From contig OY760074.1 of NCBI GenBank assembly GCA_963663035.1, positions 896,001 to 960,000 on the forward strand: 64,000 nucleotides of DNA. The letters are read 5' to 3'. The translations under genes and the position numbers were made by a program. Within the stretch, counting starts at the first letter, position 1, and each line of letters starts with the position of its first letter. The notes below the pieces were generated by a model. It was not told the origin of the DNA, did no database searches, and saw nothing but the letters and a program-made list of their open reading frames with translations. This document shows positions 1 to 9,331 of the stretch, one piece after another. This DNA comes from Acidobacteriota bacterium (GTDB lineage: Bacteria; Acidobacteriota; UBA6911; RPQK01; JADFOI01).

Positions 1-2
1 AC

Positions 3-440
3 CTTTTCTGGGAGGATGTAAATTTTTCCCTCAACATGATTCAGGTGAAGGCAAAGCCTCAGTTGGGTTTTTATCCGAAGAGGTCCGAAGACAGGGAAGT
101 CCCGGCGCACAAGCGCCTGATGTCGCTTTTCAAAAAGCATCCCCGTGTAGAGGGGGTGTCGTTTGTCTTTCCTTCGCCCCGTGGAAATCGGGAACTGCAT
201 ATGCTGGATAAGTGTAAGGCGGCGGCAGGGCGGGCCGGGCTTGATGAGAGTCGCTTCACGCTGCGGAAATTTCGCTCAACCTATGCCACGCGGATGCTGC
301 GGACGGGTTTTGACGTGCGAACGGTTCAGCACTGGATGGGGCACAAGTCCTTGGAGACGACAATGCGGTATTTGGCGCCTGCCAAGGAAGTGCATGCCAA
401 GCTTGATCAGATGCAGATTGCGGGGGTGTTGGAGGAGTAA
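3..440 (+). CDS. Tyrosine recombinase/integrase, C-terminal part (5'-truncated by the window edge)
   Basis: The frame is open from nt 3 (LFWEDVNF...). Motifs: LRKFRSTYAT (box II, with His replaced by Arg) and VQHWMGHKSLETTMRY (LGH-like motif plus catalytic Tyr). Confidence 0.9.
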   Translation, partial: LFWEDVNFSLNMIQVKAKPQLGFYPKRSEDREVPAHKRLMSLFKKHPRVEGVSFVFPSPRGNRELHMLDKCKAAAGRAGLDESRFTLRKFRSTYATRMLRTGFDVRTVQHWMGHKSLETTMRYLAPAKEVHAKLDQMQIAGVLEE

Positions 441-458
441 GGGCGGCTTGCTTTGAAC

Positions 459-683
459 TCAGCCACGCGGTCGATAGTTTTGCTGTTCGATCCACTCAAG
501 AATTTGTTCTTTTACGAAGCGGACGTTGGATTGGATTTTGACGTATGGAATAAGTCCGCGCTGTACATAGCTATATATCGTCTTCACATCAATTTTCAGG
601 AGCGCTTCGAGTTCCTTTGCGGTCAGTAATTCCGGCACAACCACAGATCCCTGATTTACCTTAGACGTAAACATCACCACCAA
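459..683 (-). CDS. Excisionase-like helix-turn-helix protein (HTH_17 type)
   Basis: ELLTAKELEALLKIDVKTIYSYVQRGLIPYVKIQSNVRF...ILEWI pattern; convergent with the integrase. Confidence 0.85.
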   Translation of the reverse strand: MVVMFTSKVNQGSVVVPELLTAKELEALLKIDVKTIYSYVQRGLIPYVKIQSNVRFVKEQILEWIEQQNYRPRG

Positions 684-1162
684 AACACTCTCAGAATCAC
701 AGCCCCACAGAGAAGCCCCATTTCAAATTCTTTAAGGCAGCCAAAAATTGTTCTTCTGACAAGTAGTCGCTTTTGGTGGGATTTGGTAACAGAAAAAGTG
801 AAGGCACAGTCTATGGTGCGCCCTCCGCGGTCTGCCCTCCCCAGCGCTTCAGCCCCGGCTGGTGCCGGGTCTTTTCGCGGCATCGGGCCAGCCCACTCCG
901 GGCGGCATAGATTGAGTTCGCTCCGGTTCGTCGCAATCGCTCCCGCCAGTCGCCTCCGGGGCCCGCCCAGTTGCGCCTCACACTCCGCGATCGCTGGCGG
1001 TGGCAAATGGCTCCGCAGCAAAAGGTCGCGCCAGGGTATCCGCCCTGTCACGCCTTTTGCATATGCTTCGCCATTTCTTATGAGTTTTTGGCGTTTTTCC
1101 CCTGCGGCCTCCAGCGGGCTTTCAGAAGGCCCCAGTGAAAAAACCTTAAGGGACGGGGCACC

Positions 1163-1329
1163 GTTGTTTCATCGTTTTTCATGCAATACGCCTTGTGCAA
1201 TCGTTTTTCATGGATTATGATGGTTTTTCACCGGCTGGTGGAGTAGGTAAGTGTATTTCACGGAAGGTCACTGTTTTTCATGGAATCATCTGCGAAAAAT
1301 TATTTTTCAGGGTCTGTCACCGTTTTTCA
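1163..1329 (+). promoter_or_regulatory. Array of 8 helically phased GTTTTTCA-like motifs spanning the fic start
   Basis: TTTCA ends at 1171, 1181, 1210, 1230, 1260, 1280, 1309 and 1329 (spacings 10, 29, 20, 30, 20, 29, 20). Confidence 0.55.
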
Positions 1330-2830
1330 TGAAAGACGGCTGCCGGTCAAGGCAACCCCGGCCGGTTATGCTGCCCTGATCGAAGCCTATGGTCTTGCCG
1401 TGCCTTTGCCGCGGACCCTATCGGCCACAGGCCAACACCATAAGGTCATCGAGGAGGCGGGGTGGCGGATCACGACGCCGCGCCATGCCCCCAACGCCAG
1501 CCTTGAGGGTCATTTGACCTTCGCACTCAAGTATGAAGGGCTCGATCTCGCCGTCCTCAAGCGGCTTTTTGAGGCCGTGAGTCCCGGCGACATTGAAGCG
1601 CTTGTCCGCGCTAAGCCGACCGGAAGCTATGCGAGGCGGTGCTGGTTCCTTTACGAGTGGCTCACCGGAACGCCGCTCGATCTGGCTGACGCAGACAGGG
1701 GCAGTTACGTGCCCGCCGTCGATCCGGATCAGCAATATGCTGTTCCCGGAGAAAACTCACCACGGCATCGTGTGAGGAACAACCTTCCCGGGACGGCCGC
1801 CTTCTGCCCGCTTGTCTTTCGGACGGAGAGGCTTGAGCGGTTCGCCGCAATTAACCTACCCGAACGGGCCCGGGCGGTTATCGACGATGTGCCCCGCGAC
1901 CTTGTGGCACGAACGGCCGCTTTCCTGCTCCTGAAAGACTCCCGGTCGAGCTATGCCATTGAAGGGGAGCATCCTTCGCAGGATCGTATCCAGCGATGGG
2001 GCCGCGTGATTGGCGGAGCCGGCGCCCAGCCGCTTGACCTCGAAGAGCTGTTGCGGCTCCAGAAGATCGTCATTGGCGATGCACGTTTTGTGCGCCTAGG
2101 CCTTCGAGAGGAAAGCTGCTTTGTCGGCCAACATGATCGCGAAACGCGTGCGCCCCTGCCGGATCACATCAGCGCGCGTCCCGAGGATCTCCCCTCCCTG
2201 ATGGAAGGCATGATTGCGTTTGACTGTGGGCCCGCGCACAACCTTGACGCAGTTATCGCCGCGGCAACGCTGGCTTTCGGCTTTGTCTACGTGCATCCGT
2301 TTGGGGATGGGAATGGCCGCATTCACCGTTATCTCATCCACCATGTCCTGGCCGAGCGTGGATTCAATCCGCCCGGTGTCGTGTTTCCTGTCTCGGCCGT
2401 CATTTTGGACCGGATCGACGAGTATCGCCAGGTTCTGGAGGACTATTCTGCGCGTCTTCTGCCGCTTGTCGAATGGCAGCCGACCGAGGACGGCAATGTG
2501 CGGGTATTGAATGATACCGGCGACTATTACTGCTTCTTTGATGCGACACCGCACACCGAGTTTCTGTATGAATGCGTGCGCCGGACGATCGAACAGGATT
2601 TGCCGTATGAGACAGAATTTCTGCGGCGGTATGACCGGTTTAAAAGCCGCGTTGATTCCATGATCGATATGCCGGACCGGACGATCGACCTATTGTTTCG
2701 CTTCCTTCACCAGAATCAGGGGCGTCTGTCAAAGCGGGTTCGTGAAAAGGAGTTTGCCGCGTTAACGGAGCAGGAAACGGAGCAGGTTGAAGAAATGTAC
2801 GGACAGATTTTCCTCGAAGATCCCTTTTAA
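1280..2830 (+). CDS. Fic family protein (class II-like, with internal inhibitory motif)
   Basis: Canonical HPFGDGNGRIHR motif; upstream SSYAIEG matches the (S/T)xxxE(G/N) inhibitory helix. Confidence 0.92.
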   Translation: MESSAKNYFSGSVTVFHERRLPVKATPAGYAALIEAYGLAVPLPRTLSATGQHHKVIEEAGWRITTPRHAPNASLEGHLTFALKYEGLDLAVLKRLFEAVSPGDIEALVRAKPTGSYARRCWFLYEWLTGTPLDLADADRGSYVPAVDPDQQYAVPGENSPRHRVRNNLPGTAAFCPLVFRTERLERFAAINLPERARAVIDDVPRDLVARTAAFLLLKDSRSSYAIEGEHPSQDRIQRWGRVIGGAGAQPLDLEELLRLQKIVIGDARFVRLGLREESCFVGQHDRETRAPLPDHISARPEDLPSLMEGMIAFDCGPAHNLDAVIAAATLAFGFVYVHPFGDGNGRIHRYLIHHVLAERGFNPPGVVFPVSAVILDRIDEYRQVLEDYSARLLPLVEWQPTEDGNVRVLNDTGDYYCFFDATPHTEFLYECVRRTIEQDLPYETEFLRRYDRFKSRVDSMIDMPDRTIDLLFRFLHQNQGRLSKRVREKEFAALTEQETEQVEEMYGQIFLEDPF

Positions 2831-3153
2831 ACGACTGACGAGTCGCATAACGCCGATAGTGGAAGCGTCGAGGAGTAGCCATGACGACCCACCTCTCGGC
2901 AAGACTGAGCTGGCACTAGGATGAGTGGGGCGGCCTCCGCTGTGGGCTGCCCTCGCTCCGTAGGTGCTCGCCCCAGTCCAACCCTCCTATACGGGATCGC
3001 CCCCCTCAGGGCCGTGTTGCGAAGTCTCTTATCAAGATGTCGCAGCCATCGGTCGTTGATTCTGGCAGCGACTCAACAATCCATTCCGCCGGATTTACAA
3101 GGAATACCAGCAACGGCATTATCAAATTACGAAAAAGGTAAATAGGCACAGAC

Positions 3154-3867
3154 ATGGATTTTGATGGTGTCATTGCAAGGCTAAACGATTTGATTCGCGT
3201 AAAACAGCCCGAATCATTTAATAGTTCCTGGATCTTGCGGCATGCTCCAGAATGCTATCGATATATCCAAAGAAACATTAGATTGGAAGTAGGTGGTATT
3301 GATTGGGACCGAATCACCTGTGCCTTGGAACGGAAGTCTCAAAGGCGGTGGACCCCCGTACATTGGAGAAAGAAGAAAACACTCTACGAAAACCAAAGTG
3401 AGGTGGATGTGGTGTTGAACAATTATCGCGATAAGCTCTTCGTATTTATTGCTCCACAGAATCAAGACGATAGGCGGATGCGAGATGTCATTGCCATATC
3501 TTTGGTGCGCCTTTCGCAAAATGGCAATACGCTGGCAAAACAGGAACTGTTAGAACTACTCCTTTTCTCCGTTGAAGAATGGGTAGCAAATTACACATGG
3601 CTATCCCGTTGGTCAGGATACGATGAAAAGATCAAAGAACTGCTAGAGGGGTGTATCCGCCGCTACCGATATACCGGATCATTTCTGCGTTATGTATATA
3701 AAACACTTGAATATGCCGGCAGGGGCATTCGGCCACTTTACGCATTCTCATTGAACGAGCCGGTCTTCGAAAAGGGTGCGTCGAGAATAGATAGTTTTGG
3801 ATGCGATCCTGCAATTGGCGAGATCTGCAGTTATGCGAGAGGCGTTGCAAGAAGAATAGCAACATGA
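3154..3867 (+). CDS. Hypothetical protein; C-terminal half resembles sigma-70 region 2/3
   Basis: 237-aa lower-GC ORF; QNGNTLAKQELL...LLEGCIRRY..TGSFLRYV...SLNEPV. Confidence 0.6.
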   Translation: MDFDGVIARLNDLIRVKQPESFNSSWILRHAPECYRYIQRNIRLEVGGIDWDRITCALERKSQRRWTPVHWRKKKTLYENQSEVDVVLNNYRDKLFVFIAPQNQDDRRMRDVIAISLVRLSQNGNTLAKQELLELLLFSVEEWVANYTWLSRWSGYDEKIKELLEGCIRRYRYTGSFLRYVYKTLEYAGRGIRPLYAFSLNEPVFEKGASRIDSFGCDPAIGEICSYARGVARRIAT

Positions 3868-4212
3868 ACGACAAAAAAGCCCTGAGCCTCAAATCGTGAC
3901 TGGACACGATTAGCGGCAACCTGCACCTATATGGCGGTCGGTGCTAGGAATCGAGGAGATATATCGTCCTGGCCAGAGAGAGTTGCTTCCCTGGCCTCGA
4001 ATGCTTTCATGAATATTTAGATAGGTATTTCACCAGGGAACAAATGCGGAAGACTTCAGGGGGTTGCCGATCAGTTTCCGGTAAGGGCGTTATACGGCCA
4101 AGTGGGCGGGTATGACAGCATCGGCATACATGGGCTGACTAAGACGGGGTAATCAGCGTTGCACAAACTGAAGAGAACGTCAGATTCGTTAATACAATTC
4201 GCGAAGATGGGT

Positions 4213-5592
4213 GAGGTTCCGTCAATAAGTGTGTAAATAGACATCAGGCGGCTTTCTCCTGGGTGACTGGGTTGACTGGAACTCCATTGACATATTGGGC
4301 TCCTTGGTAGACATCCTTCATCAAGTGGGGAGCCTTCAAACGGCGAAATCTCTTCTCAGCGACCAGCAGCATCTTCCAGATGACAGCCCGTGCGTTGGCC
4401 ACTTTCTTGAACCTTCGAGCAGCATCGGTTCGCAGTCGCAGAGCAGAGAAGGGAGACTCCACTGGGTTGGTAGTCCGCAGATGTTGCCACTGCTGTTTGG
4501 GATAGTTGTAAAACGTCACCATCCGCTCCCAGTCCTGGTCGATCAGATCAGCCGCTGCCTCCAGGCCTCTCTTGCTACACCAATGTTGGAATCGTCCTTT
4601 GACTCGCTCGGCTTCCTGCCGTGTTTCTGCATAAGGGATCTGCCGCAACATCAACAAGGCCGCTTTGTGCCGACTCTTGGGGATCTTGGCCAGCAAGTTG
4701 ACGATGCGATGATTCCAGCATCTCTGCTCGTCGGCTTCTGGGAACACGTTGCGCAACGCTCCCCAGATCCCCAGATGCCCGTCAGCGATCACCAGACGGG
4801 GTGGGTTCATCCCCCGCTCTTTGAGATCCCGCAGCACTTCGGACCAGCTCTGGGTCGATTCTCGATAACCACTACTGACGGACACCACCACTTTAGTGCC
4901 ATCACTTAAAGCGGCGATCACTACCAGAATCACGGCCTTCTCCTTCTCCAGCCCTGCTTTGATGTACACGCCGTCCGCCCACAAATACACGACTTCCAGA
5001 TCATCCAGCCGACGGCTCTGCCAGGCCTCCATTTCTCCCTGCCACTTCTGTTTCAACCGGGCTACGGTGCTGGGGGACAGCGGCGCTTCTTCCCCTAAAA
5101 GCCCTCTCAAGGCCAGATCGAAATCCCCCTCGGCCAGACCATGTAAATAGAGTTCTGGAATCAAGTCTCGTACCTCTCGCGTTCGCTTGGCAAACAGCGG
5201 CAAGACCCGGCTCTCAAAACGCTCTTCCAGATCCCGCACTCGGGGACGCCGCAGCTTGATCGTTCCGCAACTCATCGTCAGTCGCCGCTCCTTGCCGTAG
5301 CCGTTGCGATAGCCACCGGAGGCGTCCACTTCTCGGCGACGCTCATTCTTTCTTCGTCCCAGCAGCTGTGTCACTTCATCCTCCAGCAGTTCCTGTACGT
5401 AAAACTGGATCTGCTCTCGCACCCACTCTTCCAGCTGTTCAAAGCAGACTCTTGACTCCACACTGTGATCAATGTTCTTCTTGCTCATGGCGGTGTGACT
5501 CCTTCCTTTCGGGCTCTTCCGCCCGGGTTTTTATTTTCACCCGGAAGGATAATCACCGCCTGTGCTATTTACACACCTTTTGAGGGTAGCTC
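4213..5592 (-). mobile_element. IS256-family insertion sequence (1380 bp)
   Basis: 28-bp imperfect TIRs GAGGTTCCGTCAATAAGTGTGTAAATAG / GAGCTACCCTCAAAAGGTGTGTAAATAG (23/28 identical) enclose the transposase; no target-site duplication seen. Confidence 0.9.
4244..5488 (-). CDS. IS256-family (Mutator-type) DDE transposase
   Basis: YRNGY, YLWADG, IADGHLG, QRCWNH and LRTTNPVES motifs. Confidence 0.97.
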   Translation of the reverse strand: MSKKNIDHSVESRVCFEQLEEWVREQIQFYVQELLEDEVTQLLGRRKNERRREVDASGGYRNGYGKERRLTMSCGTIKLRRPRVRDLEERFESRVLPLFAKRTREVRDLIPELYLHGLAEGDFDLALRGLLGEEAPLSPSTVARLKQKWQGEMEAWQSRRLDDLEVVYLWADGVYIKAGLEKEKAVILVVIAALSDGTKVVVSVSSGYRESTQSWSEVLRDLKERGMNPPRLVIADGHLGIWGALRNVFPEADEQRCWNHRIVNLLAKIPKSRHKAALLMLRQIPYAETRQEAERVKGRFQHWCSKRGLEAAADLIDQDWERMVTFYNYPKQQWQHLRTTNPVESPFSALRLRTDAARRFKKVANARAVIWKMLLVAEKRFRRLKAPHLMKDVYQGAQYVNGVPVNPVTQEKAA

Positions 5593-5639
5593 GGCAACTT
5601 GGGTGAATCACCCCACTGTTATGGCATTGGCAACGAAAG

Positions 5640-6266
5640 CTACTTGAACCTCTTCCTGAACGCTGCTCCACCAAAGAGGCCAGCAGCCAAGAGGGTGAGG
5701 GTGGAGGGTTCGGGGACGGACGGAGTCCCGAGGTAGCCGTCAGGCGTGGCGATATAGTCCGTAAAGGGGCCATTAGGATCAGGCATGCCACCAAAGCCGA
5801 TGTTGTAGGCGTAGAGTGTGTCACCGTCGGTCATATAGAAACTTCCCCAAACCGGAGCCTGATCGGTTTCAAACTCAAACTCAATTTCGTCATCGTCGTA
5901 CTCCACCTCAACTGAGCTCCAATCCTCACTCGCCAACTGCAAGATCCATTGGCTCAAAGCGTCGACAATGCTACCATCGTCCGAACCTTCGAATTCGAAT
6001 TCGTATTCGTATTCGTAGACTCCGTCCTCGTACTCTATTTCCCAACTCACCTCGAATCCACCGTTAGCCCAGTCTCCAGTCGCGGTGATGCCTCCGTTCA
6101 GACCAGAACTTCTCGACCCATCAAAGTGGCTAGGGTCAACGTAAACGGAATCAGCATAGACTGAAGACAGGGCCAGAAGCACGACGGTCACTGCGATCAA
6201 ACAGCAGTTTAAGTTTGACTTGCCCACTGGTAGGGTGTCTCTTGCTTTGGTAGTCATTGTTGGCAT
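5640..6266 (-). CDS. PEP-CTERM sorting domain protein, acidic
   Basis: Signal peptide; C-terminal VPEPSTLTLLAAGLFGGAAFRKRFK. Start placed at ATG 6266 after the AAGGAG SD (the ORF track starts at 6293). Confidence 0.88.
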   Translation of the reverse strand: MPTMTTKARDTLPVGKSNLNCCLIAVTVVLLALSSVYADSVYVDPSHFDGSRSSGLNGGITATGDWANGGFEVSWEIEYEDGVYEYEYEFEFEGSDDGSIVDALSQWILQLASEDWSSVEVEYDDDEIEFEFETDQAPVWGSFYMTDGDTLYAYNIGFGGMPDPNGPFTDYIATPDGYLGTPSVPEPSTLTLLAAGLFGGAAFRKRFK

Positions 6267-6314
6267 CAACATTCTCCTTAGGATGTACTTCAATCTACTC
6301 TAACAACAAACAAC

Positions 6315-6330
6315 AGCAATTCCTGTGCCA
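6315..6330 (-). promoter_or_regulatory. Sigma-54 (-24/-12) promoter of the PEP-CTERM gene
   Basis: The minus strand reads TGGCAC-AGGAA-TTGCT, a perfect consensus about 50 bp upstream of the start. Confidence 0.8.
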
Positions 6331-6535
6331 AAACGATGCTAGCGTTTATTGACAAGAGATACCGGCGAAGGAATGAACGCCGGGTGCTCACAAAGACTCA
6401 AAAACTGCAAGTCGATACACAAAAGGGCCGCTATAAGGCAGCCTTGGGTTGTTCAGCCTGAAATAGAGGGTTTATCTCAGTCTTCTTTCTCACTCTTGCT
6501 GCTCCCGCCAAGAGGCCAGCAGGCCTGCCTGCACT

Positions 6536-7324
6536 TCAAAGAGGAGAACGTTTCCAGAACCGCTGTTGCAACAGTGACAGGGCAGCATGAATTGCGCACT
6601 TTGACTTAGCAAGAGCATTGAGTCCAAGGCATCGAGCTACGAAAAAAAAGCTTACTGGCTTAGGTACCAAGCGAACATGGCATCGAGCTACGAAAAAAAA
6701 GCTTACTGGCTTAGGTACCAAGCGAACATGGCCCTGTCTTATGGCATTCAGTACCGAACCTGTATTCTTATCAGCATAGACCAGACTGTATGTCCGGCTA
6801 AGCTGAAAGATCCAGTGGACGTCGGAGTTGCCAACCAAAGGTAAGTTCAGCTGTTGAGCAAGTTCTTGTGCCCGCTGATTGAAATTGAACCATGAAAGAT
6901 AAAACTGGTTGTATTCGATGGCATCAAACAGGTCGTGCCAACGTGAGACCAGTTTTCCCAAGGAAGCTTGAATCGGAAAAAACGGATGAGGGGCAATAAC
7001 AAGCTGGCCCGGTCCTTTGTGTTTGATCGCAATCTCAGGGCTGCTCCAGGAACTGTCATAGTCTAAAAAGTTATAAAGAAGAACATGTTTTCCCTCCAGG
7101 GTGGCTTCTACCCCTGGTATCAACAGAATGCCCCTCTCCCTGGCATATTCCTCCAGAGAAGAAGTAAATAAGAGCTGATTGTGATTTGTGATCGACAGAA
7201 CTTGAAATCCCTGCTCTTCTGCCTTGTCAATCAACTGCTGGGCAGAATGGAAAACGATGCGCTTTCCGTCCTTAGGGTCGTCAATGGTGTGCGTATGGAG
7301 TTCTGTTTTGAGCCAACTCTTCAT
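6536..7324 (-). CDS. PHP-domain metal-dependent phosphoesterase
   Basis: ELHTHT, ITNHN, IPGVE, APHPF and GNSDVH motifs. Confidence 0.9.
   Translation of the reverse strand: MKSWLKTELHTHTIDDPKDGKRIVFHSAQQLIDKAEEQGFQVLSITNHNQLLFTSSLEEYARERGILLIPGVEATLEGKHVLLYNFLDYDSSWSSPEIAIKHKGPGQLVIAPHPFFPIQASLGKLVSRWHDLFDAIEYNQFYLSWFNFNQRAQELAQQLNLPLVGNSDVHWIFQLSRTYSLVYADKNTGSVLNAIRQGHVRLVPKPVSFFFVARCHVRLVPKPVSFFFVARCLGLNALAKSKCAIHAALSLLQQRFWKRSPL
6628..6732. repeat. Exact 51-bp tandem duplication inside the PHP gene
   Basis: GGCATCGAGCTACGAAAAAAAAGCTTACTGGCTTAGGTACCAAGCGAACAT starts at 6628 and at 6679; it encodes HVRLVPKPVSFFFVARC twice. Confidence 0.95.
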
Positions 7325-7543
7325 CGAGACTCCACAATTTTCAAGCTACCAACATCAATAACTACGCCAAATTCTACCCGCGAAACATCTCGTATTAAGT
7401 GACAGTGGCCACAGGTGGTACCAGCAATTTCTATTCCACTTGGGCTAGAACAAGACAAACCAGGTGAAATGAGGCCGTTGAAATGATCAGCCTGTATAGC
7501 GGAAGTCACGGAAGCTGCACGTGATTACACTACTACTGTATTT

Positions 7544-7618
7544 TCAGAGCTCCAAAGTCATCCGTAGCAGCAGATCGGTGAAGCGAGGGTCGTCGCAAAG
7601 GGGGTCCCAGTATGGCGC
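7544..7618 (-). pseudogene. Orphan C-terminal remnant of a TPR/TolB-like kinase or cyclase gene
   Basis: The minus strand translates APYWDPLCDDPRFTDLLLRMTLEL*, resembling the 'WDPLRxDPRFxxLLxRM' tail; there is an in-frame stop just upstream. Confidence 0.6.
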
Positions 7619-8192
7619 CGAGCCGCCGTCAGAAGATCAACGATTCCTTCAGTGGCCCAGCCGACTACGGAACGATTCGGTGAACTTGCCATCCGGCTTT
7701 ACGAGCAAGAGCCGCGAGAACCGTTCGAGTCCTCCAGGCGTCAGTGGCGGAGATAGATCAAAGGTAAGTTGATCTTGATCCGTACCTCTTTTCAACTCCG
7801 CATAAAAGAGGGTTAGGCCCGTTGGGTGACAGCGATCACAGGCTTTCGTGATGTTGTTGGTCAAACTTTTCTTGACATTCCGTCTTAGGGGTGCCCGGGC
7901 AAAGCCTGGCTCAGCCTCGCGAGATGGAAGGGAATGGAGACATGGAACTGATATGAGTGGTGAGAGAAGTCTGCAGAAGCTGATCGTCCGGACTCGCAGC
8001 GGAGAAGTCAGCCCAGGTTTTGCCCAACAAAAGAGGATAGACAACAAAGTCGACAATAAAGTCAGGATTATCACAAGGAAGGAAAGAGGACAGGGCTTCG
8101 ATCGGAACGTTTTAGGGCATCAATGCATTTCTCATTCTCGCTCGCCGTATCTCTGCATCTTAGTGAACTGAATTCGCACGGAGGTTTTAGTC

Positions 8193-9331
8193 ATGAAAAT
8201 CAGCAAGATGTTGCTGTTTTGTTTGGTTGTCCTGTTCCTTGACGTGGACGCCTCACAGGCTCAAGTGTTGCTGAAATCAGAGTTCTTCTTCCCTCAGATT
8301 GTCGACGGAAAGATCGACAAGGACGATGAGTGGAGGACCATTATCCTTCTAAGTAATCCTAGCGTCACGCCTCCTGAGACAGCGACAGTTACGCTCACCA
8401 TCTTCGGGCAGGATGGAAGCGCCGTAACTGCAGACGAAATGGAGTTTCGCTGTCTAGAGGTAGATTTAGGTCCCTGCACATCCATAGGGCTGCTGATCGG
8501 GCCCGAATCGCTGATCGACATTCCCATACCGGCTGGAGGACTGTTTCAGGTCATGACCTCTCGCGTGTACGAGAACAGTATCCATATCGGCGACGATGAC
8601 GACGATGACGACGATGACGATGACGATGACGACGACGATGACGATGATGATGACGATGGCGATGACGATGGCGATGATGACGGAGGCGGAGGAGACTTCG
8701 ATGTTAGGTTTCACGTGGTGACGGCCCTTTTCTGGGCTACGCAGCGGCAACAGTCACTGCAGGTCCTGACATTTCCGGCATGGCCGTTTTTGGGGTGTAT
8801 GAGAGTGAGGAGCAAAATGGCAACTTGGAAGTTGAGCTCAAGAGTCAAGCCACTGTGGAGTCTACGGGCAAATTTACGAAGGCTGCTGTCACCGATTTTC
8901 GAAAAAATGAACTGGAGGGAGAGACAGAAGCTGGAGTCAAATTCGCGTTTGAAAGCGAAACAGCGACCGGGCTGGCTGTGGTCAATCTGTCAACCATGTT
9001 TAGGACAACTATTACCCTAACGGAACTCGATGCTACTGGAGCGACCGTAGGGATGAGGGGCACAATCTGTGACGACTTCGACACCCTGACAAAGGAATGC
9101 TTTTTTTTACTTGAAGCCGGGGAGCATCGTGCCTTCTTTCTCTCGGAAGCCATCATCGTCCCGGAGGACATGGTGGTTGGGACGGTTCTTTTAGAAAGCA
9201 CTTCAATTCTCAAGGGAACCTTTGGTACTGACATCACCGCAATCGCCGTGAAGTTCGACAGCAACTCCCACCACGATAAGGAAAGGAGATACGAATTTAC
9301 GGTGTCTCCGGTGACTCAACTTGCTCCTTAA
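8193..9331 (+). pseudogene. Secreted protein with poly-Asp tract, split by a -1 frameshift near 8709-8711
   Basis: Signal peptide and FFFPQIVDG motif in ORF 8193. A plausible continuation (SRGDGPFLGYAAATV...MAVFGVY) lies in the frame of ORF 8780..9331. Confidence 0.7.
8592..8681 (+). repeat. (GAY)n coding microsatellite: D22-G-D3-G-D3
   Basis: Mixed GAC/GAT codons, read directly from the sequence. Confidence 0.95.

Noticed and set aside
674-1220. ORFs 674..1051 (-) and 783..1220 (+)
   Set aside because: GC-rich, low-complexity translations with no recognisable motif; more likely a non-coding mobile-element region. An oriT could not be supported.
7745-7753. TGGCGGAGA as a second tRNA-Ser att site
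   Set aside because: Only 9 bp, which is expected by chance.
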